A stretch of 32,654 bases of DNA from an uncultured Pseudomonadota bacterium (GTDB lineage Bacteria; Babelota; Babeliae; Babelales; UBA12411). The translations under genes and the position numbers were made by a program. The notes under the pieces were generated by a model that was not told where the DNA came from, did no database searches, and saw only the letters and a program-made list of their open reading frames with translations. Shown here in pieces: positions 31,328-32,654 of the stretch (its first letter is position 1; the number at the start of each line of letters is the position of its first letter). The stretch covers positions 1 to 32,654 of the forward strand of contig CAYPYR010000005.1 of assembly GCA_964415095.1 (NCBI GenBank), written 5' to 3'.

Positions 31328-31756
31328 ATGAAAGCTACAACACTCACCAAAGAAACCATAACCGATCTTGGCGTAATTGATCGCGGGTTTCCAGATTTTC
31401 GAGTTGGCGATACGATTGAAGTAATGATCGTGGTTAAAGAAGGTAATAAAGAACGTTTGCAAGCATTTGCTGGTGATGTGATAACATTCAAACGTAAGGA
31501 TATTACTTCAGTATTTACCGTACGTCGTATTGGTGCAAATGGTGTAGGCGTTGAGAAAATATTTCCTTACTTCGCCCCAACAATTGACTCGATCAAGATT
31601 TTAAAACGTGGTCGTGTACGTCGTGCAAAACTTTACTACGTTCGTGAACGTATTGGTAAATCTGCGCGCATACAAGAGCATGTGCTTACTAAAGAACAAA
31701 AATTACAAGCACAAGCAAAGTTACAAGAATCACGTGATGAGTCACAAAATTCTTAG
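31328..31756 (+). CDS. rplS: 50S ribosomal protein L19
   Basis: FPDFRVGDTIEV...ERLQAFAGDVI..KR......FTVRRI..GVGVEKIFP..AP.I..I.I..RG.VRRAKLYY.R are L19 hallmarks. ATG at 31328 with an AGAAGGAAA RBS. The track start at 31295 is a TTG. Confidence 0.92.
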   Translation: MKATTLTKETITDLGVIDRGFPDFRVGDTIEVMIVVKEGNKERLQAFAGDVITFKRKDITSVFTVRRIGANGVGVEKIFPYFAPTIDSIKILKRGRVRRAKLYYVRERIGKSARIQEHVLTKEQKLQAQAKLQESRDESQNS

Positions 31757-31766
31757 TAGTGATACT

Positions 31767-32291
31767 ATGATAAATCAAAAGAAGGTCAAAGCAATTTGGC
31801 CTTTTTTTATTGTGTTCTTTTTCTGTGTGTTCACCGGATGTGCTCATCGTTCTGAATCGATAAATAATGACAGGCATTATAATCGTTCAAAAGATTTGTC
31901 TGATCTCACAAAAAATAATGTTGATGATGCCACATTACTCGAACAAGCATTTGTTTTATTAGATGATATTTCTATCCCGGTTGGATTTGTGATAGACTCC
32001 GTAGATGAAACAATGCAGGCGCTTTCTTATAGTGGTACACAAACAATCACCGATGTTATAGCTTACATGAATCAACACCTTGAACGTCTTGGTTGGGATA
32101 TAGAAATGTTTAGTATGTTAGATGAAACAGTGGTCATTGCACATAAGCCGTTTAAGTCGTGTGCAATTGTTTGTCGTACACTTGATCAAAAAACAATTAT
32201 TTCGATCTGTATTCATAATCAAGAACTAACGTATATGGATGCCATGCTTGATGTTAACTCAAAGATGATTCCAGATATTATTGAAGGTTAA
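31767..32291 (+). CDS. Putative lipoprotein, 174 aa, unknown function
   Basis: MINQKKVKAIWPFFIVFFFCVFTGCAHRS has a lipobox-like FTGC after a hydrophobic segment. The upstream part of the track ORF (31608-31766) overlaps rplS out of frame and is rejected. Confidence 0.62.
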   Translation: MINQKKVKAIWPFFIVFFFCVFTGCAHRSESINNDRHYNRSKDLSDLTKNNVDDATLLEQAFVLLDDISIPVGFVIDSVDETMQALSYSGTQTITDVIAYMNQHLERLGWDIEMFSMLDETVVIAHKPFKSCAIVCRTLDQKTIISICIHNQELTYMDAMLDVNSKMIPDIIEG

Positions 32292-32296
32292 ATTCC

Positions 32297-32479
32297 ATGA
32301 TTATTGTATTAAAAGTATTATTATTATCCGCAATAATTTTCTTTATAGTCCCGCTCGTATTTTTTTTAGTAATTGGTCTTGGTGGTCGTTTCTTTGCAAT
32401 TACTATAGATAAAAACTCCCCTCTTGCTCAAAGCAATCGCTGGTGGGTTCGCGCAATTTTGCGTAAATTTATTGCATAA
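32297..32479 (+). CDS. Small hypothetical membrane protein, 60 aa
   Basis: Starts 5 nt after the lipoprotein stop. One long hydrophobic segment (VLLLSAIIFFIVPLVFFLVIGLG) is followed by a basic tail. No RBS is obvious. Confidence 0.4.
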   Translation: MIIVLKVLLLSAIIFFIVPLVFFLVIGLGGRFFAITIDKNSPLAQSNRWWVRAILRKFIA

Positions 32480-32489
32480 TCGATTTTGT

Positions 32490-32518
32490 TTGTCTCTTTT
32501 TTTATGACATGATATAAC
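32490..32518 (+). promoter_or_regulatory. Candidate promoter with extended -10 (TGaTATAAC)
   Basis: TTGTCT (32490-32495), a 17-nt spacer ending in TGa, then TATAAC (32513-32518). Confidence 0.3.
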
Positions 32519-32579
32519 CTAACTGCACGGTTAAATTTTACGTGATTAATAGGTTGTTTTCTATTTAAGAAAGGGAATT

Positions 32580-32654
32580 GTGTTGCAATATAATTATAAA
32601 TTTTTAAGCTTGTCGCTTATGTTATCATGTTCATTTGCTATTGTATCACTACAT
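32580..32654 (+). CDS. Possible 5' end of a secreted-protein gene (partial; runs off the window)
   Basis: GTG at 32580, preceded by AAGGGAA, opens a frame reading VLQYNYKFLSLSLMLSCSFAIVSLH, which is signal-peptide-like. Only 25 codons are visible. Confidence 0.25.
   Translation, partial: MLQYNYKFLSLSLMLSCSFAIVSLH

Noticed and set aside
31608-31766. 5' part of ORF 31608-32291 overlapping rplS out of frame
   Set aside because: It lies entirely within the well-supported L19 coding frame. The lipoprotein-like signal sequence begins at the Met at 31767.
1-32654. CRISPR arrays, prophage, integrative element, toxin-antitoxin or classical defence islands
   Set aside because: I found no spaced direct-repeat array and no integrase, transposase, recombinase, capsid or terminase-like ORFs. 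The only tRNA has no flanking direct repeat that I could see. The accessory-looking genes are single ORFs interleaved with housekeeping operons.

Overview
This is a gene-dense, AT-rich bacterial chromosomal window. Intergenic gaps are mostly under 200 bp. I call 38 protein-coding genes or ORFs (two partial at the window edges) and one tRNA. I saw no rRNA, CRISPR array, transposase, integrase or phage gene.

The backbone is housekeeping. On the - strand: ftsY (partial), an orphan ORF and rnhB. On the + strand: rpsF-rpsR, typA, rpsU-rbfA-kdsD-pilD and folC. On the - strand: dapF, a cysK-like gene, tsaC-nrnA-pilin and pheS. The window ends with tRNA-Phe followed by ffh-rpsP-KH-trmD-rplS on the + strand.

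kdsD, dapF, a lipobox protein and a beta-barrel-like outer membrane candidate point to a diderm. A host-associated lifestyle is suggested by four secondary transporters (two NhaC-family, one DAACS, one APC), a Sec-signal ankyrin-repeat protein, scattered type IV pilus parts and many lineage-specific ORFs. That lifestyle is inference only, and I cannot assign a taxon without a database search.

I found no classical defence or mobile system. The most unusual items are:
1. A very cysteine-rich putative beta-barrel outer membrane protein (16289-17812) behind a near-consensus promoter.
2. Two tandem paralogous XRE-HTH/LexA-architecture regulators whose S24 catalytic Ser and Ala-Gly cleavage site appear substituted (2138-3547), followed by two related 12-bp palindromes.
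3. A TrmD fused to a second SPOUT-like domain, in a cluster that lacks rimM.
4. A GalU-like protein with its nucleotide-binding signature replaced, sitting where pheT normally follows pheS.
5. A signal-peptide, coiled-coil protein with a C-terminal bilobed hydrophobic hairpin (13570-14739).
6. tRNA-Phe embedded in the ffh operon leader, back-to-back with the pheS promoter.

All family calls come from motif recognition by eye. None has been checked against a database.
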